From a virus (Duplodnaviria; Caudoviricetes): DNA of 56,393 bases. How positions within the stretch are numbered: position 1 is the stretch's first letter; each line of letters starts with the position of its first letter. The translations under genes were made by a program, and so were the position numbers. The stretch spans positions 1-56,393 of IMG/VR virus record IMGVR_UViG_3300037755_000322; one strand, written 5' to 3'. Shown one piece after another: positions 18,713 through 28,189 of the stretch. The notes below the pieces were generated by a model. That model did not search any database, was not told the origin of the DNA, and was given only the letters and a program-made list of their open reading frames with translations.

Positions 18713-20272
18713 TCACGTCTTCTCCGCCGGTACGTTGATTAGGACGAGTTCGCGCTGTGCCCTGGTGTAAGCAACGTAGATCAGGTTGTTTTCCTGTTGC
18801 TGCTCCCATGCCTGCCGAGCCCACGGCCCCGGCATCCAGGCATTGCGGCCGAGAATAAAGACACGCGGCCATTCGCGGCCCTTGGCCTTGTGAACGGTCG
18901 ACAGCGTCACGGTCGGCTTGCGTTCGTGCTCGCCGTCCTCGAACATCGACGTGATCTGGGCCTTCAATTCGTCGACGGTGGCGCATTTTTCGGCAATGAC
19001 CCTGACGGTGGCGATGCGGTCGGCCAGCGCCTCAGCCTGTCCTTCCTTGCCCTTGGCCGTCAATTTCTGGCATTGCCGCTCGCCGTGCGCGTCCAGCCGC
19101 GCCAACAGCGCGTTTAACGTCTTGGCGCTCTTGAACTTGTCGATCAGTTTGATCAAGCCGGCGCCGATATCCTTGCCTTCGACGTGACAGGCGACGCCGG
19201 CCCGGATCAGCGTAAACGCCAAAGTGACCAGCGGCTTGGTCTTGCGGCACAGAATGGCGTCTGACGGCGACAGACCGAACCAGCCGGAAGCCGAAGCATC
19301 TTCCTGCGTCGTCGTGGCGCGGTTTAGAAATTCAAGTTCTTCGATCGTCGACACTTCACCGTCCGGCGCCGATTCATGCGCCTGGATATGACTGACGACT
19401 TCCTGTGCCTTGGCAACTACCGTCTTGGGACAGCGATAAGTGACGGTCAGCGGTAACGACACGCAATCAAAATCGCGCACGATCTGGTCGACGGCGTCAT
19501 TATCGGCGCCCGTAAAGCCGTAGATGGCCTGATGACGATCGCCCACAAAAATCGCCCGGCCGCCACGTGAATTAAGCATCTTGCGGACGTAGGCACGGCG
19601 GCACGGATTGGTGTCCTGGGCTTCGTCCACGAACACCACGTCGTTCTGCCAGACGCGGACACCTGAAATTACCGGCATCCACAACATGTCGTCAAAGTCG
19701 ACGATTTCGGGGGCGTGCTTGGCGTGCAGCCGCAGGCCGCGCATGGCGAAGTCGATACCCTTAGGAATCAATTCGTCGTCTTCCAGGTCGTAAGCCATGT
19801 CAAAATGGTCGACGATGTCATAGTACAGTTTCTGGTCTTCGACTGCGCCGTACAGACCGATCGCCGCCTGTTTGGCGAGCGACATCAGGCGCAATGTGAA
19901 CGATTCGAGCGGCTTCGGGATGTTCAATGCCTTGACGGTCCGGTCGGCCTTTTCGCGGGTCGCATCCGGACCGCACTTGACGCCTGGGTAGGCGCGGCGC
20001 CACGTAGCGAGCCCAAACGAATGAAACGTGCCGGCGCGCACCCGGTTGCCGAGATTGAGCGGCGCGATCTTGGCCTTGATGTCGTCGGCGATCTTTTTAT
20101 TGTAAGCCACGAAGGCCACGGAGCCGCGCGCCTCGGACAGGGCGTCGACCAGGGTCGTGGTCTTGCCGGCGCCGGCCACGGCTTCGACGAAGGCCGACCG
20201 GCGGTCGTCGCGCACGAAGTCGATGACGGCCTGCTGTTGAGGAGACGGGGTGCGCTTGTTGGGACTGAGCAT
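18713..20272 (-). CDS. UvrD/Rep-like SF1 helicase
   Basis: AVAGAGKTT, VDEAQD, VGDRHQAIYGFTGAD, TYRCP, STVHKAKGREW, YVAYTRA. Confidence 0.93.
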   Translation of the reverse strand: MLSPNKRTPSPQQQAVIDFVRDDRRSAFVEAVAGAGKTTTLVDALSEARGSVAFVAYNKKIADDIKAKIAPLNLGNRVRAGTFHSFGLATWRRAYPGVKCGPDATREKADRTVKALNIPKPLESFTLRLMSLAKQAAIGLYGAVEDQKLYYDIVDHFDMAYDLEDDELIPKGIDFAMRGLRLHAKHAPEIVDFDDMLWMPVISGVRVWQNDVVFVDEAQDTNPCRRAYVRKMLNSRGGRAIFVGDRHQAIYGFTGADNDAVDQIVRDFDCVSLPLTVTYRCPKTVVAKAQEVVSHIQAHESAPDGEVSTIEELEFLNRATTTQEDASASGWFGLSPSDAILCRKTKPLVTLAFTLIRAGVACHVEGKDIGAGLIKLIDKFKSAKTLNALLARLDAHGERQCQKLTAKGKEGQAEALADRIATVRVIAEKCATVDELKAQITSMFEDGEHERKPTVTLSTVHKAKGREWPRVFILGRNAWMPGPWARQAWEQQQENNLIYVAYTRAQRELVLINVPAEKT

Positions 20273-20282
20273 CGTCGTGTTC

Positions 20283-20519
20283 CTATATGTGTTGAAGGCC
20301 GCACGGGCCTTCGTAGGGTCCCGGTGCCGGCGCGCTGCAGTCGACGACGACGAACCCGTTCGGACAGTCGCAGCGGTCCGTTTCGTCAAGCACCCATTCG
20401 ATGTCGTCGGGATACAGGTCGTTGCCGATCAATTCGGCGGCGCGTTCGAGGCTGACATTGTTCTCGACCAAGGTGAAGCCGTCGGACTGGTAAACGGAAT
20501 ACTTGGACATTGTCGACAT
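20283..20519 (-). CDS. Hypothetical protein
   Basis: ATAGGAG RBS and an upstream promoter. Confidence 0.6.
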   Translation of the reverse strand: MSTMSKYSVYQSDGFTLVENNVSLERAAELIGNDLYPDDIEWVLDETDRCDCPNGFVVVDCSAPAPGPYEGPCGLQHI

Positions 20520-20535
20520 TCTCCTATTTCGAAGC

Positions 20536-20570
20536 CGTCATTTAAATCTATACGGACGCGCCTGTCAAGT
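20536..20570 (-). promoter_or_regulatory. Sigma70-like early promoter
   Basis: ACTTGACA-N17-TTAAATGACG followed by CGAAATAGGAG. Confidence 0.6.
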
Positions 20571-20989
20571 AGGGGGATGCAAAGCCATCGCCCGCTGGCG
20601 CAGCCGCATGAACTCCTGGCCGTCACGCGCCGCGTTGCACCGGTCGCGTTCGGCTTTGGGTAGGCCGTCAAACCACTGCCAAAAACTGATGTTTGATGTT
20701 CCCTTGGGCATTGTGCCCGGCACCCACTCGTTATAAATGCCGGTCGAAGCGTCGTTGTAGGTGTAGGATGGTACGTCGGACCATCGCGGGCGCATACCGG
20801 GCTTTAAATGTCGTCTTCGCATCGTCGTCTTCCTAGAACTCGGCCCGGCGCCCTCGCGGACCACCGGGCCTTGTGTTCTCACAGGCGGGTTCCAACTGGA
20901 CTACTTCATGACGAAACCTCCACATGACGAGGAACGCGGTAAGCGTTCAGCTAACGATAGCGCAAGCCTAACACCGCGGGGCATGAGGG

Positions 20990-22417
20990 TCAAGACGAAA
21001 TGGCGCGCCGCTCCCTCACTATCCGCACGATTTCGTCCATTCCGTCGGCCTGGTTCTTCTTGCCGGTCAGGATGTCGACGTTCAACTGATCGATCGGGCT
21101 GCATATCGGGTCATATAAGTAACAGGTTTCGTCCTGTTCACCGCGATGATTGCGGTCGTTCATCTGTAGCCGGTGCATCAACGACAAGTCGGTTTCATAA
21201 TAATAGATGCGCGAGCAGCGGTCGTTACCCTTCTGGCCGAGCAGCGTGTGGCCCCGGCTGGTCTGGTCAATCTGGCCGACCATCACGCGGCACGACGAAT
21301 CATTGTTGAACCGGTCTTTCTGCGCGACGATGTCCTCGGCTTTCATCTTGCCGGTGATGTAGGCCGGTTCGAACCCTTCCTTCTGAAACTGGTCGATCAA
21401 CATGCGACCGGACGGGTCGAAATAATAAACCACGATCATCTTGCCGCTACCGGTGTTCATCAGGTCTAGCGCCGCGCGCAGCTTAGGATTTGTTTTCGGT
21501 TCCTCCAGCCAGTGCACCTTGCCGCGGTCCATCAGCATACAGGAACTTATCTGTTGAAGTTTCAGGCGCTGGGTCAATACTAGTTCGGCGTTGATTTCCT
21601 CATCATTGCCGACCGCGGCGTAAAATTCGTTCATCATGGTGGCGTAATGGCGGCGCTGGTTGTCGGTCATTTCCAGATGAATCGGAACCGCTAGTTGTTC
21701 CGGCATATCCTTGCGCCAGTCCTTTTTCAGCGCGCGGAACGAGCAACGGTCGAGAATCTGACCCAGCTGCTCTTCATTTTTCACCTCCTTAATCTGGCGT
21801 CCCATGTAACCGCCCATGACGCAGTACCGGTTGCGGAAGGCGTAAGGATTGATGCCATCGAGTTCGCCCAGCAGCCGCAGTTGCGCGTAATAATCGAGCG
21901 CATTTTGTACAAGTGGAGTACCATTGAGTTCGCGAATGTAGGTCGCATGCTTGCTCAGAGCACCAATACAATACCGCGCCAGCACCGATTTGTGGTTCTT
22001 GATGCCGGTCGACTCGTCGAACACCAACATACAGCGACGCTTCTTGAACAGGTCGAGCAGTTCGTCGCGAGCACGTTTCGAACCGCGCAGCGTCTCATGG
22101 GCGATCGAAAACAGGCCGCAGTCCCAACCGTGCACAGCATCAAGGTTGTCTTTGTCCCACATGCCGGTGTTCATGAAACCGAGGCCCCATTCGGCCGGCG
22201 CCAGCGGCCAGTCGGCCATGAAGCTCATGGGAGCGAGCACCACGCACAGGTCGACGTCGTCGAAATCAACAAACTCGTTTAACGTGTCGCTCGTCTTGCC
22301 CAAGCCTTGCTGACTGAAGTTTCCGAAGCGTGGCCGCCCCGCGGCAGCGGCCAGATAGGCCTCCTGTACGGCCCACGGCTTACGGCCGTGAATTGTGTGG
22401 TTCAGATGCCAGCGCAT
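20990..22417 (-). CDS. SNF2-like SF2 helicase
   Basis: QGLGKT, FDES..IKN, LNGTP, LKLQQI, QMNDRNHR. Confidence 0.88.
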   Translation of the reverse strand: MRWHLNHTIHGRKPWAVQEAYLAAAAGRPRFGNFSQQGLGKTSDTLNEFVDFDDVDLCVVLAPMSFMADWPLAPAEWGLGFMNTGMWDKDNLDAVHGWDCGLFSIAHETLRGSKRARDELLDLFKKRRCMLVFDESTGIKNHKSVLARYCIGALSKHATYIRELNGTPLVQNALDYYAQLRLLGELDGINPYAFRNRYCVMGGYMGRQIKEVKNEEQLGQILDRCSFRALKKDWRKDMPEQLAVPIHLEMTDNQRRHYATMMNEFYAAVGNDEEINAELVLTQRLKLQQISSCMLMDRGKVHWLEEPKTNPKLRAALDLMNTGSGKMIVVYYFDPSGRMLIDQFQKEGFEPAYITGKMKAEDIVAQKDRFNNDSSCRVMVGQIDQTSRGHTLLGQKGNDRCSRIYYYETDLSLMHRLQMNDRNHRGEQDETCYLYDPICSPIDQLNVDILTGKKNQADGMDEIVRIVRERRAISS

Positions 22418-22438
22418 TAAAAAATAACCGCCGCATAT

Positions 22439-23071
22439 CTAAACACCGTTTCCTCCTTCTTCACGATGTGCTTTGATTGCCGGCAACATCACCGTCTGCC
22501 ACAGCGCCTGCAGTTCCTGTTGCGTCTTCGGCAGTTCCATCCAGGCCGAGTACAATCTGGCCTCGGCCGACGGAATGCGCGGCGCAATGACGCCGTTACC
22601 CATGCGCTGCTCGCCGATCAAGAACAACAAGGCGTCGAGCCGGTCGGCAACTTTGATGATGCGCCATGCTTCATCGCATTGACGCAATTTGGCCATGTTG
22701 AATGACGGGGTGTTAAGTTCGCCGCAATCGGTGACCGCGTCTATTTCGGCCACGATACCCGGCAGCCGCTGCTGCATCTGAACGTCGACATAATCGGCGG
22801 CTCGTTGTTCGTCCAGAATTTCATCCTTGACCGGGCTGACGATGTCGCCCGTGATCGTCTCGTCCAAATCGTGCGTCAAAGCCAAAAACAGCAACAACGC
22901 GTAGGAGCCGCCCCAGCCTACGACCTTAGCTACCGATCGAGCGTACATCGCGACGTAATATGAATGGTTGGCGACGGTGTCGCGCGTCAGGGTCCATACC
23001 ACCGACCAACGCGGTACTACCGACGCGGTACGAAGTTCAGGTGGGAATAGCTGAATGAACTTGCTGGTCAT
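22439..23071 (-). CDS. datZ: HD-domain nucleotide hydrolase, DatZ/YfbR-like (putative dATPase)
   Basis: RW..., VANHSY, ALTHDLDE..TGDI.SP.K, IKVADRLDA; clustered with purZ. Confidence 0.75.
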   Translation of the reverse strand: MTSKFIQLFPPELRTASVVPRWSVVWTLTRDTVANHSYYVAMYARSVAKVVGWGGSYALLLFLALTHDLDETITGDIVSPVKDEILDEQRAADYVDVQMQQRLPGIVAEIDAVTDCGELNTPSFNMAKLRQCDEAWRIIKVADRLDALLFLIGEQRMGNGVIAPRIPSAEARLYSAWMELPKTQQELQALWQTVMLPAIKAHREEGGNGV

Positions 23072-23421
23072 TTCGTTTCCTGCGCGTGGCGGTTCTTGTC
23101 CTGGTCGATCATTGCGAGACGATCGTCAAGAATCATTGCATAATTCGCAATGTCTTTTAATTCAGTGCGCGCTTCAGCGACGTTGAAAAAATCGTCCGCT
23201 ATCTTAAATTCTTCAAGTTCGAGCACCAGCAACCGGACCAGCGCCTCGATCGGTTGCTCGCGCCAGTGGGTCTTTTTGCCGTCGTGCTTTCGCAGTTTCA
23301 ACTCCATCGCTTCAGCAAAGGCGCGGACGGCGGGGCGAAGTTCCGTTTGTTTTAGCAACTCGATTTCTTTCTTGAATTGTCCATATTTTTCACAGCAGGG
23401 CATTCCTACATCATAGATCAT
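23068..23421 (-). CDS. MazG-like all-alpha NTP pyrophosphatase (MazZ candidate)
   Basis: ELEEF...ELKDIANYAMIL acidic helix pair typical of the MazG fold; adjacent to datZ-like gene. Confidence 0.6.
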   Translation of the reverse strand: MIYDVGMPCCEKYGQFKKEIELLKQTELRPAVRAFAEAMELKLRKHDGKKTHWREQPIEALVRLLVLELEEFKIADDFFNVAEARTELKDIANYAMILDDRLAMIDQDKNRHAQETK

Positions 23422-23735
23422 TTTCCTTCCTCCACCTTTATGGCCTCGTCGATCAGCGTTGCCAGCAGCGATGACGGAGCCGGCGCCAGCTTATCCCGCA
23501 ATTCGCGCACCGAATAGCCGTGCTGCAACAGCAGCGACAGACAGACGCAGGCGTCCATCACTAGCGCCCGCACGTCAACGCCGTCCTTGAACGACGAGCA
23601 GAACAATTCGCGCACTTGATGCCGGTCGTCAAGCCCGAAAGTGGCAATGACATGTAATTGACCGTCGGCAGCGGTCACGTGCGTCAACTTGGACGTGACG
23701 CTCAGCCGGCGGGACGGAAGCGATACGCGGTTCAT
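23418..23735 (-). CDS. Stand-alone TSCPD-like domain protein (class II RNR C-terminal-like)
   Basis: LPSRR..T, ELF, SLLLQHG...EL pattern of NrdJ C-terminal domains. Confidence 0.65.
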   Translation of the reverse strand: MNRVSLPSRRLSVTSKLTHVTAADGQLHVIATFGLDDRHQVRELFCSSFKDGVDVRALVMDACVCLSLLLQHGYSVRELRDKLAPAPSSLLATLIDEAIKVEEGK

Positions 23736-23737
23736 TA

Positions 23738-23911
23738 TCAATATCCCGCTTCATGTAATGACTCGTTATATCGCTGTGTTTCTAACTGTTCCATTTTACT
23801 TTTTACCAACATTAGACCAGGACGACTATAATCAACAAACGTAAATGGCTTCTCCAAGTATTCGTCCACGAACGCCATCAAGTCGTGCCAATTTCGTTCA
23901 TAAATAGTCAT
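23738..23911 (-). CDS. Small hypothetical protein (57 aa, AT-rich)
   Basis: ATGA overlap with the purZ stop; fills the gap. Confidence 0.5.
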   Translation of the reverse strand: MTIYERNWHDLMAFVDEYLEKPFTFVDYSRPGLMLVKSKMEQLETQRYNESLHEAGY

Positions 23912-25017
23912 CTTTTTAATCCTATGTATTGTCCCGTCACGACGTCGTCCTTCAGTTCCGCAAACACGTCGTCGGTCGAGGGCCCGTAGACGTACAGCAT
24001 GGCCGGCGGCGCCATGCCGAGATCGACCGCCGCCAGCTTGATTTCCTTGTCAATCGTCTTCTTGTAGGCATACTCGATGTCGGGATAGTCACAGAAGGTG
24101 AGACACACGACGTCGGGCCGCGTGAGCGCCATCGCTTCCCGCATCTGCTGAACCGAGAACGTGAACACGCGCCGGATGCGCTTGGTGACGGTCGTCATTT
24201 CGGGCGCGACTTTAAGTTGGTTCCAGCTGATCTCGCGCTGGTCTGGGTAATGCGACCCGGAATGGCCGAGTTCGCGGCCGGCCTCGGTTATGTTACCCAC
24301 TCTGATCGGATAAGTGCGCAGCACCAACACCGACGCGTTGTAGAACGACGGATGAATGCCGGCGTCGGCCATCGCTTGCGACACTGTACAGTTGCGCGAC
24401 GTGACGTGCGGATAGAACCGCGAATCGACCGATAGGCTGACACCCTGTGGAATTTCGACCAGCACCGACCGTCCAGCGCGCATCGCCTCGTTGAGATCAA
24501 GCCGTTCAGTGAAGCGCTGCAGGAACGGGTGGTCCTTGGCAAGATAGGCGGAACGCAGAATTTTGCGCGACAGCGCATGGCCGACGCCCTTGCGGGTCGA
24601 CGCTATCATGGTCTGAGCAGAATTTACATCACCCTCGGCCGCGCGGTCGGCGTCGTTGATGACGGCGGCGTTGGGATGAATGAACAGTTCGGGAATGTTG
24701 AATTCATTCATTTCACGTTCGAGTACAACGGGGTCGATGATCGAACCGGCATTCAGGTAGACGACCGGCAACAGACCATACTGAGCCGCAATCAGCACTG
24801 ACGTCGGCAGGTGGTAGGCAACGCGGGTGATGCCACCGTGCACCGAAGTGTGACCCGACTGCGCGCCGTTGTTGACGGTGACGACGTCAAACATGCGGCC
24901 TTGTTCACACAGCCGCCGCGTCAGATAGGCGGCAGCGGCGCCCTTGCCAGCCGACCCCCATTGACCGTCTAGAATGAACGACGCCTTGCCGGCGCAGCAG
25001 AATGGGGTCAGGAGCAT
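23908..25017 (-). CDS. purZ: PurZ-family 2-amino-deoxyadenylosuccinate synthase (PurA paralog)
   Basis: DGQWGSAGKG (Ser where PurA has the catalytic Asp of GDEGKG), GHT, QG.SLS, YPHVTSR, RTYPIRV, TTVTKRIRRV, TFCD. Confidence 0.88.
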   Translation of the reverse strand: MLLTPFCCAGKASFILDGQWGSAGKGAAAAYLTRRLCEQGRMFDVVTVNNGAQSGHTSVHGGITRVAYHLPTSVLIAAQYGLLPVVYLNAGSIIDPVVLEREMNEFNIPELFIHPNAAVINDADRAAEGDVNSAQTMIASTRKGVGHALSRKILRSAYLAKDHPFLQRFTERLDLNEAMRAGRSVLVEIPQGVSLSVDSRFYPHVTSRNCTVSQAMADAGIHPSFYNASVLVLRTYPIRVGNITEAGRELGHSGSHYPDQREISWNQLKVAPEMTTVTKRIRRVFTFSVQQMREAMALTRPDVVCLTFCDYPDIEYAYKKTIDKEIKLAAVDLGMAPPAMLYVYGPSTDDVFAELKDDVVTGQYIGLKR

Positions 25018-25427
25018 GCTTTTTCTCCGAGTTGAGCATAGCCGGCAATGTCTTTCCACGAATCCTTAGTATTGTGGCCGCCGCTTACGATACGCGCGAT
25101 CTTGAGGCCAATTTCGTCCAGCGCCAGCGCCTGTTTAGGCGACAAATTCGACCAGTGAGGCTTCATCGAGCGCAGCAGGTCGCGATATTGCAGCGCGAAG
25201 GCGGCGTTGGCGCTGAAATCACCATGGGTAGTACCACGTACGACATGCGGATAAAGACGACCGAGAGCAGGAACAAGTACATGGGCAGACACGTCGTCCA
25301 ACGACCACTTAGCCTGCTCTTCAGTAAGAAAAGGCACCCCCGTCACACACGGAATTATACCGTAACTGGCGTGTAAGGATTGCCATTCACGTTCGAGCAT
25401 GGCCTGTGTCAGTAAATAATTCGTCAT
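25008..25427 (-). CDS. DUF6378-like protein
   Basis: RG.THGDF...LKIARI..G....DSWKDIAGYA motif. Confidence 0.75.
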   Translation of the reverse strand: MTNYLLTQAMLEREWQSLHASYGIIPCVTGVPFLTEEQAKWSLDDVSAHVLVPALGRLYPHVVRGTTHGDFSANAAFALQYRDLLRSMKPHWSNLSPKQALALDEIGLKIARIVSGGHNTKDSWKDIAGYAQLGEKACS

Positions 25428-25939
25428 TTTCCTTCTCTCCATTCGCGCTGCCATTTATACAGGGCAAACAGGATGTCATTGTGGCGCGTCGCCTTGGGGC
25501 CGAGCAAAAGATGGTGGCGGCGCTCCGTCCACACCGAAGCCCCTTCTTGGCCGCCTTTTTTTAAAATAATTGTAGACCCTCGCCATGTACGAACCTGGAG
25601 TGACAGTTTTAGACCAGACCCACTACCGTCACACAAAAACGACGCTATGCCTGTCGGCATGCCAGCGTCGTGGGCGCGTTGCAAGTCGCGCATCTGCATA
25701 TGAGTGAGGTCTAATTCGAATGGCGCGTCACTTTTGGGCCACTGGCGCTGCTTGACTTCGAGAATGCCGGCAGGCGGATTGTCCTTAACTGAAGACGCAA
25801 AATTGACGGAGCGCTGTTGCGGTAGTTTCACCAGCAGGTCGACGATGCCGACCATAAACCGATTGTTTCTTTTGACCGCGTAGCCACCCGCGTCATTGAC
25901 AGCATCGCACATCAATTTTTGCAACGCAAGTTCGTTCAT
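25424..25939 (-). CDS. PD-(D/E)xK nuclease, VRR-NUC / Holliday junction resolvase-like
   Basis: MNE..LQ, GIVDLL, LEVK, LT..Q motifs. Confidence 0.7.
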   Translation of the reverse strand: MNELALQKLMCDAVNDAGGYAVKRNNRFMVGIVDLLVKLPQQRSVNFASSVKDNPPAGILEVKQRQWPKSDAPFELDLTHMQMRDLQRAHDAGMPTGIASFLCDGSGSGLKLSLQVRTWRGSTIILKKGGQEGASVWTERRHHLLLGPKATRHNDILFALYKWQREWREGK

Positions 25940-26118
25940 GTCGGCCATCCCATATACACCAGTGCTCCAATGTAGGTGACGTAGAACATGCCGCCCGTCA
26001 CGACCGCCGCCGTGCGATCGCCTGACTTCCAGACGCCCCAAATTAGGCGCGTCACAAATAATAGGCCGAAAAGCCACAAAACGTACGGAGCAAGGGTCAT
26101 GACGCGCACCTCTTGCAA
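25936..26118 (-). CDS. Small membrane protein
   Basis: Two hydrophobic segments; ATGA coupling to the downstream gene. Confidence 0.55.
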   Translation of the reverse strand: MQEVRVMTLAPYVLWLFGLLFVTRLIWGVWKSGDRTAAVVTGGMFYVTYIGALVYMGWPT

Positions 26119-26324
26119 ATAAAGGTGTCTCCGTCCATTTCATATACATCGTACCACTGGTCGCAGTCTTCACACTTGAACGCCATGCCGTCAAGAACCT
26201 TGCATTCCTCGACCGACATTTCGTTAAATATTTCTATGTCCTCGAAAGCACTCCCCTCGCACGACGCCACCAGACGGTCGGCCAACGCTCGAATTTCAGC
26301 GTAGCGTGCGGGAGACATGGTCAT
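26097..26324 (-). CDS. Small Zn-finger protein
   Basis: CEDC...CKRC; ATGA overlap with the polymerase stop. Confidence 0.6.
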   Translation of the reverse strand: MTMSPARYAEIRALADRLVASCEGSAFEDIEIFNEMSVEECKVLDGMAFKCEDCDQWYDVYEMDGDTFICKRCAS

Positions 26325-28189
26325 TTTTCTTCTCCGTAAGTCGCGACGCTCCAGTTTGGGCCTTCGCCCTCGTCGACCCGCATCGGCAGGTCCAGTTTGA
26401 TCACGGCGCTGTCCGACGAGAAGTCCTCCATGATCCGTTTGCACTCAGCATAGACGGCGCGCGACCGGCCGTCAAGTTGAAACTGCGACGACAGTGCGTC
26501 ATGACAATTGAGCAGCAATTCGACGCCTGACTTTGTGCCGCCCTCCGACTGCAGGAATTCGTCGACTTCGACCATCTTTAGCTTCAAGATGTCGGCATTG
26601 CCAGTCTGCAACAACCGATTGAACCCAACATAATCGCGGTCAGGGTCGTCAAGCCGGCAGCGCCGTCCCAACAACGAAATGAGCCAACCGCGCTCGCGGA
26701 AACGTCGCGCTACTTTCTTCTGAAAGGGTTTCAGTTCGGGCACCGTGCGGAAGTATTTGGCGAGCGCTCCTTCGGCCTCGGCCTCGGTCATTTTGTACTT
26801 GTTCACCAGTGCCCTTTTTCCGCCGCCGGTAATGACGGTCTGGTTGACGCGCTTGGCCCAGGTGTTACGATAGTGCTTCTGATCGGCTTTGGGCATCTGG
26901 TCCCAGTCGGCGCGCGACCCTTTCGCCACCGCGGTGTGGCTGTCGGCTGCCGGATTATTGCGATAATCGTCGAGAAACACACGGGCGCGGGTGTAGTAGG
27001 CCATCAGCCGAGGCTCGATCTGACTGTAGTCGCGTTCGCCCCAGGCGCCGTAATCCGGCACAAATATCGATCGGTACAACGCTCCGAGTTCCTCGTCGTG
27101 CTTGGGCACCTGCTGCATGTTAGGGTCGTTGCTGCTTAGCCGTCCCGTCACGGTGCCGAAATCGTCGGTCCGCAACTGGTTGAATGTCGTATGCACGCGG
27201 CCATTCCACAGGTGGCGTTCTTTCAACGGCATACAGAAAGTAGCGTTGAGATTCTCCCACTTGCGCAGCTTGATAATTTTCTTGCCGGCGTCGTACCGCT
27301 CCAGGTAGTCGGACGTAAATGATGGCGACCCGTTCGGCCGGGTGCGCGACGGCGGCGTGCGCGGCCAGTCGGTGTGACCGTTCTTCTCCATCCAAGCCTG
27401 TACGTCGAGAGGCGACCGGGCGTTGAATCCGGACGGAAATTCGTTGTGTAATTGCTCGACGTCGCGGTCGATTTTGTCGATCAACCATTCGAGCCGCTCT
27501 TCGTCGACCTTGACGCCCCTTGTCATCATGCGCGCCAGTACCGGGATCAGACGACTTTCTATGTCGTGAACGAGGCCGAGTTCCTGGTTCTGAATGTTCA
27601 CCGTTTGGGCATCACGCAGCTGCCAGGTCGTGGTGCCGTCGCCGCGGGCGTAGTCGACGCCGACGCGGTCGTTGCCCGCCAACCGCCAGTAATGCCCCAT
27701 AATGTTTTTGTTGTTGGGTTCATTCAGGACGTTCGCCATATAGGCATACAGTTCGGCGCCCTTCTTGGCCTGGACGCCGTGACGATCGGCACAGGCCGCC
27801 AGCGAATACTTGCCGACATATTCGTCGAGCAGCGGTGCGTTAATCATGGTGTCTTCGAACCGAGGCTGCAATTTGAAGCCGACCCGGCTCATTAACCGCA
27901 GGTCGAATGCCAGATTGTGGCCGAAACATAGAGTACCGGCTTCGTCCAGTTTTGTCACCAGTTCCCTTTCGCCCGGCGCCAGCTTGCCGTCCCAGCCCTC
28001 GGGCGACGTCAGGCCGGCGCGGCCACCGACGTTGGCATTGCCGGCATGGCGGAACGGCACATAGTAGCTGTCGCGCGGGTCGGCGCTGAACGCCAGCACG
28101 TAGCCGACGATCGCGTTCTTCTTCCAATCAAGCCCCGACGTCTCAACGTCCAGGCAACGCACCTTTTCGTGCGGCAGCCGGTTCAACAC
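26321..28189 (-). CDS. Family A DNA polymerase with 3'-5' exonuclease (DpoZ candidate); start uncertain
   Basis: Exo DVETSG, HNLAFD, YARGD; pol TGRLSS.DPNMQQ, DYSQIE, GRR, N.LLQ..AD, HD. AGGA just before GTG/TTG at 28189/28186. Confidence 0.9.
   Translation of the reverse strand: MLNRLPHEKVRCLDVETSGLDWKKNAIVGYVLAFSADPRDSYYVPFRHAGNANVGGRAGLTSPEGWDGKLAPGERELVTKLDEAGTLCFGHNLAFDLRLMSRVGFKLQPRFEDTMINAPLLDEYVGKYSLAACADRHGVQAKKGAELYAYMANVLNEPNNKNIMGHYWRLAGNDRVGVDYARGDGTTTWQLRDAQTVNIQNQELGLVHDIESRLIPVLARMMTRGVKVDEERLEWLIDKIDRDVEQLHNEFPSGFNARSPLDVQAWMEKNGHTDWPRTPPSRTRPNGSPSFTSDYLERYDAGKKIIKLRKWENLNATFCMPLKERHLWNGRVHTTFNQLRTDDFGTVTGRLSSNDPNMQQVPKHDEELGALYRSIFVPDYGAWGERDYSQIEPRLMAYYTRARVFLDDYRNNPAADSHTAVAKGSRADWDQMPKADQKHYRNTWAKRVNQTVITGGGKRALVNKYKMTEAEAEGALAKYFRTVPELKPFQKKVARRFRERGWLISLLGRRCRLDDPDRDYVGFNRLLQTGNADILKLKMVEVDEFLQSEGGTKSGVELLLNCHDALSSQFQLDGRSRAVYAECKRIMEDFSSDSAVIKLDLPMRVDEGEGPNWSVATYGEEK

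Noticed and set aside
23908-25017. Ordinary purA auxiliary metabolic gene
   Set aside because: The catalytic Asp of GDEGKG is Ser, and the gene clusters with DatZ-like and MazG-like genes.
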